Origin: Candidatus Multivorans sp.
Lineage (GTDB): Bacteria > Acidobacteriota > Thermoanaerobaculia > Multivoradales > Multivoraceae
Direction: 5' to 3'
Length of the DNA: 64,000 nucleotides
NCBI GenBank assembly: GCA_965224025.1
Contig: OZ245033.1
Span: forward strand, 3,488,001-3,552,000
Part shown: one piece after another, positions 39,605 to 49,290 of the stretch
How positions within the stretch are numbered: the stretch's first letter is position 1
Layout of the letters: each line of letters begins with the position of its first letter
Made by a program: the position numbers and the translations under genes
The notes under the pieces: generated by a model
Databases searched by the model: none
Seen by the model: only the letters and a program-made list of their open reading frames with translations
Told to the model about the DNA's origin: nothing

Positions 39605-39624
39605 GGACTCCGCGGGCCTCCGGG

Positions 39625-40914
39625 TCAGGGCACGGGTCCGGACACAGCCATCGCATCCGCCGGCGGCGCCGCCTTGCCGCCACCGGCGGACGCGAATGCC
39701 GCCATGTCCTCGAACATCGACGTGAAGTCCAGCTCGAAAACGTCGCCGATCAGAATGCGGGTCACCTTGCTCTGGTGTTGGGGATGCAGCCGCAGGAAGG
39801 AACCGACGCTGAAGTTCGGATCGTAGAACACGTTGACCAACTGCCGTACCGCCTCGACGCCCCTCATCAGCAGGGGCTGGAAACCCCCCAGTCGCTCCGC
39901 CGATACGTCTCCGGCGGCAATCGCGTCGATAGAAGCTTCGGCGGCCAGCTCTCCCGACTTGAGCGCCAGGAACACGCCGGAAGAGTACACGGGGTCGATG
40001 AAGGAAAACGCGTCGCCGATCGCGATCCAGCCGTCGCCCGCCATCTTCTCGATCCTGTAGGAGAAGTCCTTCATCACGGAAACCGGCCGGCACTGGTGGG
40101 CGGGAGCTATGCGCCGCTCGATCTCGGCGCAGCGAGCGACCTCTTCGAAGAAAGTCTCGTGCGGCCTGCCCTCCCGGTTGCGGATCAGGCTGTCCACCTT
40201 ACCCACCACCCCGACGCTGACCACGTCGCCGGCCAGCGGGATGTACCAGAACCAGCACTCGCCGGTCTCGGTGTGCAGGATCAGAGTGGCGCCCTCGTCC
40301 TTTCCCTCATCCCTGATCGCGCCCCGGAAGTGGGTGTAGATCGAGGCGTGCCGCAAACCGTAGTCGACCCGGCCGAGGTCGAGCCGGCGCGACAGCATGG
40401 CGCTCTGACCGGTGGCGTCGATGACGACCCGGCTGTGCAACTCCACCGAACCGCCGTCGCCCGCGGGCGCAGGGCGCACGCCGATCGCCCGGCCGTCGTC
40501 GAACAGCACGTCGCGGACGTTGACCCCGCGGTGGGTTTCGGCCCCCTGCTCCGCTGCCGTCTCCATCAGCAGTTGATCGAACTCCGACCGGCGCACCTGC
40601 CAGGTGCGGGCGCTGTCCTGCCCCGGCCGCTCCTTCTCGAAGTAGAACGGCATCGACGCCTTGCCCGTCCTGGTGAAGAACTGGACGGAGTGCTTCTCGA
40701 CGAAGCGGCTGTTCTTCATCCGCTCCAATGCCCCCATCTTCTCGAACACGCCATGCGTATCGGGCATCAGCGACTCGCCGATCTTGAAGGTCGGCGCCGG
40801 TTCCCGCTCAAGCAGCAGCGTCTGCAGACCGCCGCGGGCGGCGATCGCCGCGGCCGCCGAGCCGCCCGGCCCGGCGCCGATCACGATCAGGTCGTAGAAG
40901 GATGCCGCGAACAC
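39625..40914 (-). CDS. FAD-dependent oxidoreductase, flavin-dependent halogenase-like
   Basis: GAGPGG, FKIGESL, FVEKHSVQF, VRRSEFD, WFWYIPL (WxWxIP), IGDAFSFIDPVYSSGV. GTG at 40914 lies 7 nt after TAGACT (leaderless-like). Confidence 0.85.
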   Translation of the reverse strand: MFAASFYDLIVIGAGPGGSAAAAIAARGGLQTLLLEREPAPTFKIGESLMPDTHGVFEKMGALERMKNSRFVEKHSVQFFTRTGKASMPFYFEKERPGQDSARTWQVRRSEFDQLLMETAAEQGAETHRGVNVRDVLFDDGRAIGVRPAPAGDGGSVELHSRVVIDATGQSAMLSRRLDLGRVDYGLRHASIYTHFRGAIRDEGKDEGATLILHTETGECWFWYIPLAGDVVSVGVVGKVDSLIRNREGRPHETFFEEVARCAEIERRIAPAHQCRPVSVMKDFSYRIEKMAGDGWIAIGDAFSFIDPVYSSGVFLALKSGELAAEASIDAIAAGDVSAERLGGFQPLLMRGVEAVRQLVNVFYDPNFSVGSFLRLHPQHQSKVTRILIGDVFELDFTSMFEDMAAFASAGGGKAAPPADAMAVSGPVP

Positions 40915-41069
40915 CGCCGGGAGTCTATGGCAGGGAGCCGATGCCGGCCACACGCAACCTGGACGACTTCCTTCCCGTAGTGCCGGTTGGTGTAGCCTGA
41001 GATCTTGATGCAAACGGCGAACGCGAGGTTCCCGGCGCGCCGCCCCAGAGTTTCGAGAGGTACCCGCCC

Positions 41070-43469
41070 ATGCGCTCAACTCCCGCCGTCCCGTTGGCCC
41101 TCTGCGTCCTGCTGGCGCTCATTGCTTGCCCTGCAGTCGCGCAGGATCAAGATCCGGAAGAGCCGGATTCGACCCTTACCGAAGAGATCACCGTCACCGC
41201 CCAACGCGTCGAGGAGGCCATCCAGGACGTGCCGATCTCGATCGTCACCCGTTCGGGCGAAGAACTCGAGCAACAGGCCGTAGCCGACGTACAGGCCTTG
41301 GCCGAGGCCTCGCCCGGCGTCGTCATTTCAGGCCAGAGCCCGACCACCGGCGAAGTCGCCATCTACATCCGCGGCATCGGCTCGAGCACGCTCGGCATCG
41401 GCACCGAGCCGACGGTCGGCTACTACGTGGACGGGGTCTACATGCCGCGTCCGCAGGCGGCGGTGAACCCGTTCCTCGACCTGGAGCGCATCGAGATCCT
41501 GCGTGGCCCCCAGGGCACGCTTTGGGGACGGAACTCCACCGCCGGCGCCGTGAACGTGATCACCCGGGCGCCGGAGAGCGAGTTCCATGGCCGCCTCTTC
41601 ACTTCCCTCTCGGAGTTCGACTCGAGCGAGCCGGCCGAGGGGCGCCGCTACGGTCTGACCCTCACGGGTCCGGTGTCGAGCAAGGTCTGGGCCCGTTTCA
41701 CCGGCGCCACGGCCCAGGTCGAGGACCCCACCTACAACGACTTCCTGAACGCCGGCGCCGACAACTTCGACGGCGTTACGCTCCGGGGCTCGCTCACTTT
41801 CCTGCCCTCCGATTCGCTGACCTTCACCATCCGGGCCGACAGCACGGACGACGACGCCCACGCGAACTTCCCCTTCAAGCCGTTCGACGTGTCCCCATAC
41901 AGCACGGTGGGAACCCTGAACCGCTTCTACGGCTACTCCGATCCGGACGACATCCACCGCATCTCGACCGACACCACGCCGCTCTCGCCCTACCAGGAGT
42001 CGGGCTTCTCGCTGACCGTGAACAAGGTGATGGAAGGAGGCACGAGCTTCACCTCGATCAGCAGTTCGCGCGAGTTCGATTCGATGCGCGACACGGACAT
42101 CGACGGTTCGCCCAATGCCCTCATCACGAACTCCGGCACCTTCGAGTCCCAGTGGTGGTCGCAGGAGTTCCAACTCCACGGCGGCAACGAGCGCGCCAAC
42201 TGGGTGACCGGAGTCTACGCCTTCAACGAGGAGAGCGGGACGCAGGTCAACAACGTCACCGATCTCGCACTACTCAGCGTCTGGCTGTTCGCCAACAGTC
42301 CCCAGACCTTCCTGTTCGACCCGACGACCTTCTGTTCACTCGGCTTCCTGGCGCCGCCGTTCCTGTGCGGGCCGCAGTACTACAACGCCGTCGCGCCGTT
42401 CATCGGTCTGCCGGTGCCGGGAGTCGCGACGCCGCTGCCGTTCGAGACGAGCCTCGACGCTTCGCTCTACGCCGCGTACGGCCAGGTCGACTGGACGCTG
42501 AGTGACCGAGTGACCCTGACCACCGGCCTCCGCTACACGGCCGACGAGAAGGACCACGACCAGGCCGCACTCAACTTCCAGACCTTCACGCCGGAGCTGC
42601 AGGCCCAGAGCGACAGTTGGAGCGCGCTGACCCCCAAGCTGGGCCTCGAGATTCGACCGAGCGACAATGTGATGCTCTACGGCGCGGTGACCGCCGGTTA
42701 CAAGAGCGGCGGCTACAACTCGCTCTCCCTGCAGCCGGCCTTCGACGAAGAGACCGTGACCAGCTACGAAATCGGCATCAAGTCGTCCCTCGCCGACCGC
42801 AAGGTGCGAATCAACGCGTCCGCCTTCCACTACGACTACGACGATCTGCAGGTGGCGGTGCTCTATCCGGATCGTTCCGTGGTCGAGAACGCGGCCAACG
42901 CCCGCATCCGCGGCCTGGACTTCGAGCTCTCGGCGCGGCCGAACCGCCAGTTCGCGTTCGATCTGTCGGTCGAACTTCTCGACGACGAGTTCGTGGAGTT
43001 CACGTCGCTCGATCCCGTGCTGCAGGCGCAGTTCGTTGAGCAACTGCTTGCCGCCGGACTGATCGATCCTGCCCAGGTGCTTCAGGGCGGCGGCGGCGCT
43101 CTCCCAATTCCGCCCACCGACCTGTCCGGCAACGGACTGCCCCGGGCGCCCGATCTCTCCGCCACGGCGGCGCTGAGCTACACGTTCGACCTCGGCGGCA
43201 GCGGTTCCGTCACCGCGCGCGGCGAGTACCAGTACACGGAAGACGTCGCCTTCGATGCCTTCGAGCGCTTCGTCCAGCCCCCCTACAGCCTGCTCCACGC
43301 CCAATTGCGCTGGACCTCGGCACAGGGACGCCTGTTCCTGGCCGCCTACGGCCGCAACCTCGGCGACGAGGAATACAGGCTCAGTCAGTTCTTCGTGAAC
43401 TACACCGGATCGTTGGCGGTCTGGGCGCCGCCGGCCGAGGTCGGCCTCCAGTTCGGCATCGACTTCTAG
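41070..43469 (+). CDS. TonB-dependent receptor
   Basis: EEITVTAQR TonB box, DLERIEILRGPQGTLWGRNSTAGAVNVIT, GYKSGG, C-terminal F. Confidence 0.95.
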   Translation: MRSTPAVPLALCVLLALIACPAVAQDQDPEEPDSTLTEEITVTAQRVEEAIQDVPISIVTRSGEELEQQAVADVQALAEASPGVVISGQSPTTGEVAIYIRGIGSSTLGIGTEPTVGYYVDGVYMPRPQAAVNPFLDLERIEILRGPQGTLWGRNSTAGAVNVITRAPESEFHGRLFTSLSEFDSSEPAEGRRYGLTLTGPVSSKVWARFTGATAQVEDPTYNDFLNAGADNFDGVTLRGSLTFLPSDSLTFTIRADSTDDDAHANFPFKPFDVSPYSTVGTLNRFYGYSDPDDIHRISTDTTPLSPYQESGFSLTVNKVMEGGTSFTSISSSREFDSMRDTDIDGSPNALITNSGTFESQWWSQEFQLHGGNERANWVTGVYAFNEESGTQVNNVTDLALLSVWLFANSPQTFLFDPTTFCSLGFLAPPFLCGPQYYNAVAPFIGLPVPGVATPLPFETSLDASLYAAYGQVDWTLSDRVTLTTGLRYTADEKDHDQAALNFQTFTPELQAQSDSWSALTPKLGLEIRPSDNVMLYGAVTAGYKSGGYNSLSLQPAFDEETVTSYEIGIKSSLADRKVRINASAFHYDYDDLQVAVLYPDRSVVENAANARIRGLDFELSARPNRQFAFDLSVELLDDEFVEFTSLDPVLQAQFVEQLLAAGLIDPAQVLQGGGGALPIPPTDLSGNGLPRAPDLSATAALSYTFDLGGSGSVTARGEYQYTEDVAFDAFERFVQPPYSLLHAQLRWTSAQGRLFLAAYGRNLGDEEYRLSQFFVNYTGSLAVWAPPAEVGLQFGIDF

Positions 43470-43471
43470 GA

Positions 43472-43494
43472 GTCCGCGCTGCGGCAGCGCGGAC
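43472..43494. terminator. Perfect hairpin between convergent genes
   Basis: GTCCGCGCTG-CGG-CAGCGCGGAC. Confidence 0.55.
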
Positions 43495-43563
43495 GCGCAT
43501 GGAACGGGGCCGTGCATGTCGGCTGGTTGCCCGGCGCTCTCTAGGCGGGGCACCGACTTGTCT

Positions 43564-43590
43564 CTGGGTGCGCGGGCCTTCTGGCCCGCA
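43564..43590 (+). repeat. REP-like palindrome CTGGGTGC-GCGGGCC-TTCT-GGCCCGC
   Basis: Hairpin with a 5' CTGGGTG foot; degenerate inverted copy at 28344-28367. Confidence 0.55.
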
Positions 43591-43686
43591 TCCGCCGCAG
43601 GCGGAATCCGACTTGGCAGCGCCCAGTTTCATGCAGGCTAGCGTGCAGGGAAGTGGCGGCCACGGGGTGCGCCGCGATCCTCGCGA

Positions 43687-45036
43687 TCAGGTGTAGCGCG
43701 CGCCGCGGTACTGCTCGTCGTAGAACCGCGGCAGGAGCTGGTCGACGCGCAGAAGGCCGCCTTCACTGAGCTCGATCCGCTCCGGCCCGACCGTGGCCAG
43801 ACCCTGTTCGGTCAGACTGCCGAAGGCGTCCGCGTAATCGACGGCGACGTCGACGCCGAACTTCCGCCCGAAAGCGCCCCGCTCCAGCCAGCCCCGCTTC
43901 AACTGGAGGATGAGCTCGCGGGTCAGACGCTCGCGGGGTGTGGTCGCGAGAGCTCTGCGAGTGGCCAGACCGCCGCCCTCGATCGCGGCCAGGTAGTCGT
44001 CCCAGCGGTCATGGTTTTGCAGATGGACGCCGCCCATGTGGCCGAACGATGAGACGCCGATCGGGATCATGTCGGCGCCGCTCCAGACCTCGCGGGCATA
44101 GACGAACTTGCAGCCCCGATCCCGCCGCATCATGGTGTAGGCGCTCCAGCGCTCGAAGCCGGCCCGCTCGAACTGTTCGAAGGCGTAGGCGTGCCACTCC
44201 CGCTTGGTGCGCCAGTCGGCGAACGTGGGCACGTCGGCCTCTTCCCGAAGCCGCGCCTTGGAGTACACCGTGTTGAAGGGAAGCTCCATCTGGTAGAGGG
44301 TGATCGAGTCCGGGTCGTAGTCGATCGTGAGTTCCACCGTCCGCTTCCAGCTCTCCCAGGTCTCTCCGACCATGCCGGCGATCAGGTCGACGTTCAACTG
44401 CCGAAAGTTCTGCGCGCGGATCCAGTCGCGCACCCGGTAGATCTCCTTCGACACGTGGGCCCGGCCGTTTTCCTCCAGGATCCCGTCGTCGAAATTCTCA
44501 ACGCCGAGGCTCAGCCGCGTGACGCCGATGCTTCGGATCGCCTCCAGCTTGGACTGCGTCAGCGTCCCGGGCTCGCACTCGAACGCCACCTCCTCGGCGC
44601 TGTCCCAGGGCGCCAAGCCCTGCAGCCGCTCCGCTAGCGGAATCAACTGCTTGGCGGCGATGTAGGACGGCGTGCCGCCGCCGAAGTAGACGAAGTCGAG
44701 CTTCCGGCCCCGGATTGACGGACGGTCCGCGTAGCGTTCCAGCTCCAGGCCCAGCGCGTCGAGGTAGCGCCCGATCTGCTCGTGGTTCTTGTCGATGTAG
44801 ACCCGGAAGTAGCAGAACTTGCAGCGCTTGCGGCAGAACGGGATGTGGATGTAGAGGCCCAGGGAGGCGCCGGGTACGGGCTCGCGGTCGAGCGCCGCGA
44901 CCGCCTCCCCCACCGAGGCCTCGTTCCAGGCCGAGTACGGTGGGTAGTTCGACACGAAGACCGAGCCGATGTCGGTTGCTTCGAGATCGAGCAGGCCGGT
45001 TGCCGGCTCCGCCATCGTGGCGGCGCGTTCACTCAT
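43687..45036 (-). CDS. HemN-like (coproporphyrinogen III oxidase family) radical SAM protein
   Basis: LYIHIPFCRKRCKFCYF (CxxxCxxC), YFGGGTPS, RLSLGVENF, NVDLIAGM; start MSERAA at 45036. Confidence 0.9.
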   Translation of the reverse strand: MSERAATMAEPATGLLDLEATDIGSVFVSNYPPYSAWNEASVGEAVAALDREPVPGASLGLYIHIPFCRKRCKFCYFRVYIDKNHEQIGRYLDALGLELERYADRPSIRGRKLDFVYFGGGTPSYIAAKQLIPLAERLQGLAPWDSAEEVAFECEPGTLTQSKLEAIRSIGVTRLSLGVENFDDGILEENGRAHVSKEIYRVRDWIRAQNFRQLNVDLIAGMVGETWESWKRTVELTIDYDPDSITLYQMELPFNTVYSKARLREEADVPTFADWRTKREWHAYAFEQFERAGFERWSAYTMMRRDRGCKFVYAREVWSGADMIPIGVSSFGHMGGVHLQNHDRWDDYLAAIEGGGLATRRALATTPRERLTRELILQLKRGWLERGAFGRKFGVDVAVDYADAFGSLTEQGLATVGPERIELSEGGLLRVDQLLPRFYDEQYRGARYT

Positions 45037-45076
45037 TCTTGCAACCCGACGTATCTCCGCCACCCGGAAGGGCCGT

Positions 45077-46306
45077 TCATCCGAAGCAGTACAGGATGCC
45101 GTCAAGGCTGCCGATGACGAGCCGTTCCGAGGCCACCGCCGGCGAGGCGACGATGGCCGAACCGGTGTCGTACTCCCAGACCGGCGCCCCGGTCGCCTTG
45201 TCCAGGGCATGCACCAGGCCCCGCTTCGAGCCCAGGAACACACGGTCGCCCACGATCACCGGTGACGAGTCGAGCCGCGCGCCGCTGTTCCACTGCCACT
45301 TCCGCTCGCCGGTCGCGGGGTCCAGAGCATGCACGATCTTGTCCCGGCCGCCGATGACCACGATCTCGCCGTCGGCGGCGGCCGATCCGTAGTACGGGAA
45401 CTTGCGGACCTCGTGTTCGTAGCCCCAGACGACCCGCCGGCGTTCCAGGTCGACCCCCAGGACTTCGTTCTCGAACGTCCCGACATAGGCAAGCCCATCG
45501 ACCACCGCCGGGCTCGAGGCGGCCTGCCCCCGGAGGTCGATCTTGTGGACCGTTTCGCCGGTCTCGATGTCGATCAGCCACATGAAGCCGTCGCAGCCCG
45601 ACACCGTTGTAAGCCCATCGGCCACTGCCGGCGTGCCATGGACGTAGCCTTCCGTTTCCACCTGCCACAGCTTCTCGCCGCTGTTCCGGTCCAGGCAGTA
45701 GAGCGAGTTGTCGTAGGAGCCGACGAGCAGCCGGTCGCCGTGCAGGGACACGCCGGCGTAGATCTCCCCCAGCGTCTCGAACTGCCACTTCTCTTTGCCG
45801 TTCGCGGCGTCCAGCGCGTGAATGAGGCCGTACTCGTCGCCGATGTAGACGATGCCGTCGAAGACCGACAGGGGCGCCTTGATCGGCGTTTCCGCGTCGA
45901 AGCGCCAGAGTTCCTTCCCGTCGGCCAGGGTCACGGCGTAGACCCGGCCCTCGTAGTCACCGAAGAAGACGACACCCTCCACGATCGCGGCAGTACTCTC
46001 GATCTCGCTCTCGGTGTCGAAGGTCCAGAGCAGCTTCGGCTCCTCCGGCAGCGTCGTTCCCGCCACGCCCGTGCCCAGCAGGTTGCCGCGGAACACGGGC
46101 CAGGCATCCGCGGCAGGTTTGAGCAGGGCGTTCTTCGTCGCCGGATCCGGGTCCCCGCCGTCCCCTGCCGTTGCCGCAGTTCCGACGGCAACCAGCCCGC
46201 TGAGCAACAACATCGCGGCCGGAATCGCGTTTCCGCCCAGACGCGAAGGCGCCCGCACCACTGGGGCGTGGCGCCGGCGGCCTCGAAGGTGGACGATCTC
46301 TAACAT
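45077..46306 (-). CDS. PQQ-binding-like (BamB-like) beta-propeller protein, exported
   Basis: WPVFRGN, repeated A.D..TG...W motifs, SSPAV, SGCDG; alternative start 46213 (MLLLSGLVAVG). Confidence 0.88.
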   Translation of the reverse strand: MLEIVHLRGRRRHAPVVRAPSRLGGNAIPAAMLLLSGLVAVGTAATAGDGGDPDPATKNALLKPAADAWPVFRGNLLGTGVAGTTLPEEPKLLWTFDTESEIESTAAIVEGVVFFGDYEGRVYAVTLADGKELWRFDAETPIKAPLSVFDGIVYIGDEYGLIHALDAANGKEKWQFETLGEIYAGVSLHGDRLLVGSYDNSLYCLDRNSGEKLWQVETEGYVHGTPAVADGLTTVSGCDGFMWLIDIETGETVHKIDLRGQAASSPAVVDGLAYVGTFENEVLGVDLERRRVVWGYEHEVRKFPYYGSAAADGEIVVIGGRDKIVHALDPATGERKWQWNSGARLDSSPVIVGDRVFLGSKRGLVHALDKATGAPVWEYDTGSAIVASPAVASERLVIGSLDGILYCFG

Positions 46307-46359
46307 GGCGGATACGAGGGCAGCGGCCTGCGGTTGGGAGCGATGCGGCGCCGCACGCC

Positions 46360-47607
46360 TCAGAATGCCGCCTGGTAGAGGTTCAGCATATCGGAGGCGG
46401 TGACGGCCCGCGGATTGAACTGCGCCGTCCACTGCTTTGAAGCCTGGGAAGCCAGCACATCGAGATCCGCCTCCCGGACACCCAGATCCCTCAACCGGCC
46501 GGCAACGCCCGCGCGCCGGCGAAGGCCTGTCCAGGAATCGGCAAGCCGCGTGCTCACGGGTCCGTTGCCGGCCTCGGGCCCGTCGAGCAGCCGAACGAGC
46601 CCCAGGTAGCTCGTGTCGCCGGTCTCGCCGTTGTAGCGGACGACGTGATCCAACATGACGGCCACGGCCACGCCATGGGTGATGTCGTAGCGCGCGGTCA
46701 GTGGATTCGCCAACCCGTGGGCCGCGCCCAGCATCGATGCCTCGATCGCCGCGCCGGCAAGGTGAGCCCCGAGCATCATGTCGCCCCACAAGCCGTCGAT
46801 CCTGGCGTCCAACTTCGAGTTCGGCGTCGTCAACCTCGAATCCGGCGTCGCCGGAAGGCCGCCGGGCTGGGCCTCGGCGACGACCTTGAATCCGCGCAGC
46901 AGACGCCGGAAGCCCTCGGAGGAGTACATCCGGGAGTAGGGGTTGGCCGCGGTCGCAACGAAGCTCTCCATGGCGTGGGAGAACGCGTCCAGGCCCGAAG
47001 CCGCCATGACCTGGGGCGGCGCGGTGCGTGCGAGTTCCGGATCGAGCAACGTGGCCCGGAACCGTGCCTTCGGGTCGCCACAGGCCATCTTGCGGTGGTC
47101 GTCCTCGCGAGAGATGACGGCAAAGGACTGTGCCTCGCTGCCGGTCCCGGCCGTGCATGGCACGCCGATCGACGGGAGCATCGGCCTGGTGGCCTTTCCG
47201 AAGCCCCAGTAGTCCTCCATCCGGCCGCCGTTCGTCAGGACGAAATTCGCGCCCTTGGCGCAGTCCATCGCCGAACCGCCCCCCAGACCGACCAGGAACG
47301 TGGCCTGGTGGGCCCGCGCCGCAGCGGCCGCGGCGGCTACGTGGCGCTCGCCTGGATTCTCTTCGACATCGTGGAAGACGGCGACCTCCAGGCCGGCGCT
47401 CCGCAACGACGCGGATGCACGGTGGACATGTCCGGCCGCAGCTACCCCCGCGTCCGTGACCACCAGTACGCGCCCGCCGCCCAGTTCGTGGACGAGGTCG
47501 CCGAGGAGGGCAACGACGCCCGCGCCGAAGAGAACCCGACCGGGCGCCGTGTCGACACCCCAGGAATCCTCCGTATCGAGCGGTCGCTGACCTCGCTTGA
47601 TGACCAC
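46360..47607 (-). CDS. Iron-containing alcohol dehydrogenase
   Basis: GLGGGSAMDCAK, PCTAGTGSE, DAFSHAMES, GAAHGLANPL, THGVA. Confidence 0.93.
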   Translation of the reverse strand: MVIKRGQRPLDTEDSWGVDTAPGRVLFGAGVVALLGDLVHELGGGRVLVVTDAGVAAAGHVHRASASLRSAGLEVAVFHDVEENPGERHVAAAAAAARAHQATFLVGLGGGSAMDCAKGANFVLTNGGRMEDYWGFGKATRPMLPSIGVPCTAGTGSEAQSFAVISREDDHRKMACGDPKARFRATLLDPELARTAPPQVMAASGLDAFSHAMESFVATAANPYSRMYSSEGFRRLLRGFKVVAEAQPGGLPATPDSRLTTPNSKLDARIDGLWGDMMLGAHLAGAAIEASMLGAAHGLANPLTARYDITHGVAVAVMLDHVVRYNGETGDTSYLGLVRLLDGPEAGNGPVSTRLADSWTGLRRRAGVAGRLRDLGVREADLDVLASQASKQWTAQFNPRAVTASDMLNLYQAAF

Positions 47608-47736
47608 GACTGCTTCGGCGCGTCCCCCCTAGCCCCAGAATTCCTCGGCTACGCCTCGGCATTCTGGCCCAACCCGTCCTCGACCGGACTCTGCACGTAC
47701 GAGTCTCACTGCGTTTCCGTTTCGCCGCGCAGAGTC

Positions 47737-49176
47737 TCAGTCGGATCCGATCGCGAACACGTCGGAGCGCGTGGCGACATAGATCCGGCCGTCCTCGGCA
47801 ACCGGCGTCGTGTAGACCGCCGAGCCCATGTTCTGCTCGGCGACCACCTTCTCCTCGCGACCCGTCTCGAGCACGACGATGTCCCCATCCTCGTCCCCGA
47901 GGTACACCTTGCCGTCCGCCACGAAGGGCGAACCCCACACCGCGGCGAACGTGTCGTGAGTCCAGAGGTGTTCGCCGGTGGCCACATCCAACACGTAGAG
48001 GAAGCCGCTCAGGTCGGTGATGTAGAGGAGACCCTCAGCGATGGCCGCGGTGGAGATCGTGCGGTTGAACTCCTCGCCGCCGAAGTGCCAGAAGGCCGCG
48101 CTGTCGGTCACGTCGCCTTCGACGTTCGCGTCCAGGGCGTACAAGTGTCCCTGTCCTTCACCGTGCTCGGGGTCCTGACCGACGCCCAGGTAGAATCGGT
48201 TGTTGTAGAAGACGGGCGTCGAGATGATGTTGTTACGGGTGCCTCCACCCCCCAGTTCCCAGACCGAGTCCTTGGGGTTCAGGTCGAACTTCCACAACAG
48301 CTTGCCGGTCGCGGGCTCGTAGGTGTAGAGCCAGCCGTCGCCGCCCGGGAAGGCGATCTGCGGCTGGCCGTCGACGACGCCGTACGCCGGGTTGGACCAC
48401 GAGCCGTGCAGGACGGCGTCGCTGCTGTCGATGCTCTCCCAGACCAGTTCGCCGGTGTTCTTGTTCAGCGCGATGAAGGTCGGCGACGCCGGCGAGGGGA
48501 GGTTGATGTGCCCCTCGTCGACCCCGGCGCCGGTGACCGTGAACAGCAGGTCGCCGATGACCAGGGGCGAACCGGCCGCCAGGTTGTGCGGGAACACGTC
48601 GAGTTCGGCGATCATGTCGTACTCCCACACGATGTCGGCGTCGAGTTCCTCACGGTACTGCTCGTCGGTCATGCCGTCGTTCTTGCCGTCGCGGAAGCCG
48701 TCCACGTCCACGGCCACGACCGTGGCGCGGTTCGACACGTAGTAGACGCGTTCGTCCTCGACGAACGGCGTGGAACACACACCCTGCAGCGGCCAGTCGT
48801 TGACCCGGCCGGCCCCCAGCTTGTCGTGGGTCGCCTGCCACAGGAGTCCGCCCGTCGCCTTGTCGAGGGCGATGACGACTCCCTTGTCGCCCTCGATGCC
48901 GCCGCGCCGAAGACCCTCGTTGTTCGTTCCGACGAACACTCGTCCGTCACGAACCACCGGGCCGGCGTACGTCTGGGAGCCGACCTTGGCCCGCCACAGG
49001 ATGTTGTCACCGCTGCGAACGTTCCATTCGGTCGGCAGGCCCGTCGCGTCGGAGACCATGTTCCGCGAAGGCGTGTTGCCGAACATCGCCGGCGGCTCGG
49101 GATCCGCAGCCGCGATCGGTGTCGATACCGCCCCGGCGAGAACGAGCGCCAGAAAAAGAGAGAGTCGAGACTTCAT
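47737..49176 (-). CDS. PQQ-binding-like beta-propeller protein, exported
   Basis: Signal peptide, MFGNTPSRN, VFVGTNN, NDWPLQGVCSTP, WGSPFVADGKVY. Confidence 0.9.
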   Translation of the reverse strand: MKSRLSLFLALVLAGAVSTPIAAADPEPPAMFGNTPSRNMVSDATGLPTEWNVRSGDNILWRAKVGSQTYAGPVVRDGRVFVGTNNEGLRRGGIEGDKGVVIALDKATGGLLWQATHDKLGAGRVNDWPLQGVCSTPFVEDERVYYVSNRATVVAVDVDGFRDGKNDGMTDEQYREELDADIVWEYDMIAELDVFPHNLAAGSPLVIGDLLFTVTGAGVDEGHINLPSPASPTFIALNKNTGELVWESIDSSDAVLHGSWSNPAYGVVDGQPQIAFPGGDGWLYTYEPATGKLLWKFDLNPKDSVWELGGGGTRNNIISTPVFYNNRFYLGVGQDPEHGEGQGHLYALDANVEGDVTDSAAFWHFGGEEFNRTISTAAIAEGLLYITDLSGFLYVLDVATGEHLWTHDTFAAVWGSPFVADGKVYLGDEDGDIVVLETGREEKVVAEQNMGSAVYTTPVAEDGRIYVATRSDVFAIGSD

Positions 49177-49290
49177 GGTGATCCAGTCCGTAGGTCGAAT
49201 GAGCGTGTGGGCTGCCGCTGGCGAGGACCAGGAGAATCCGGCCGCGACGACCGGTCACCGCGCCCGCGCCGCCGAAGGGCGGCAACGGTA

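Noticed and set aside
43687-45036. Assigning the symbol hemN
   Set aside because: Lacks the HemN N-terminal motif and any heme-pathway context.
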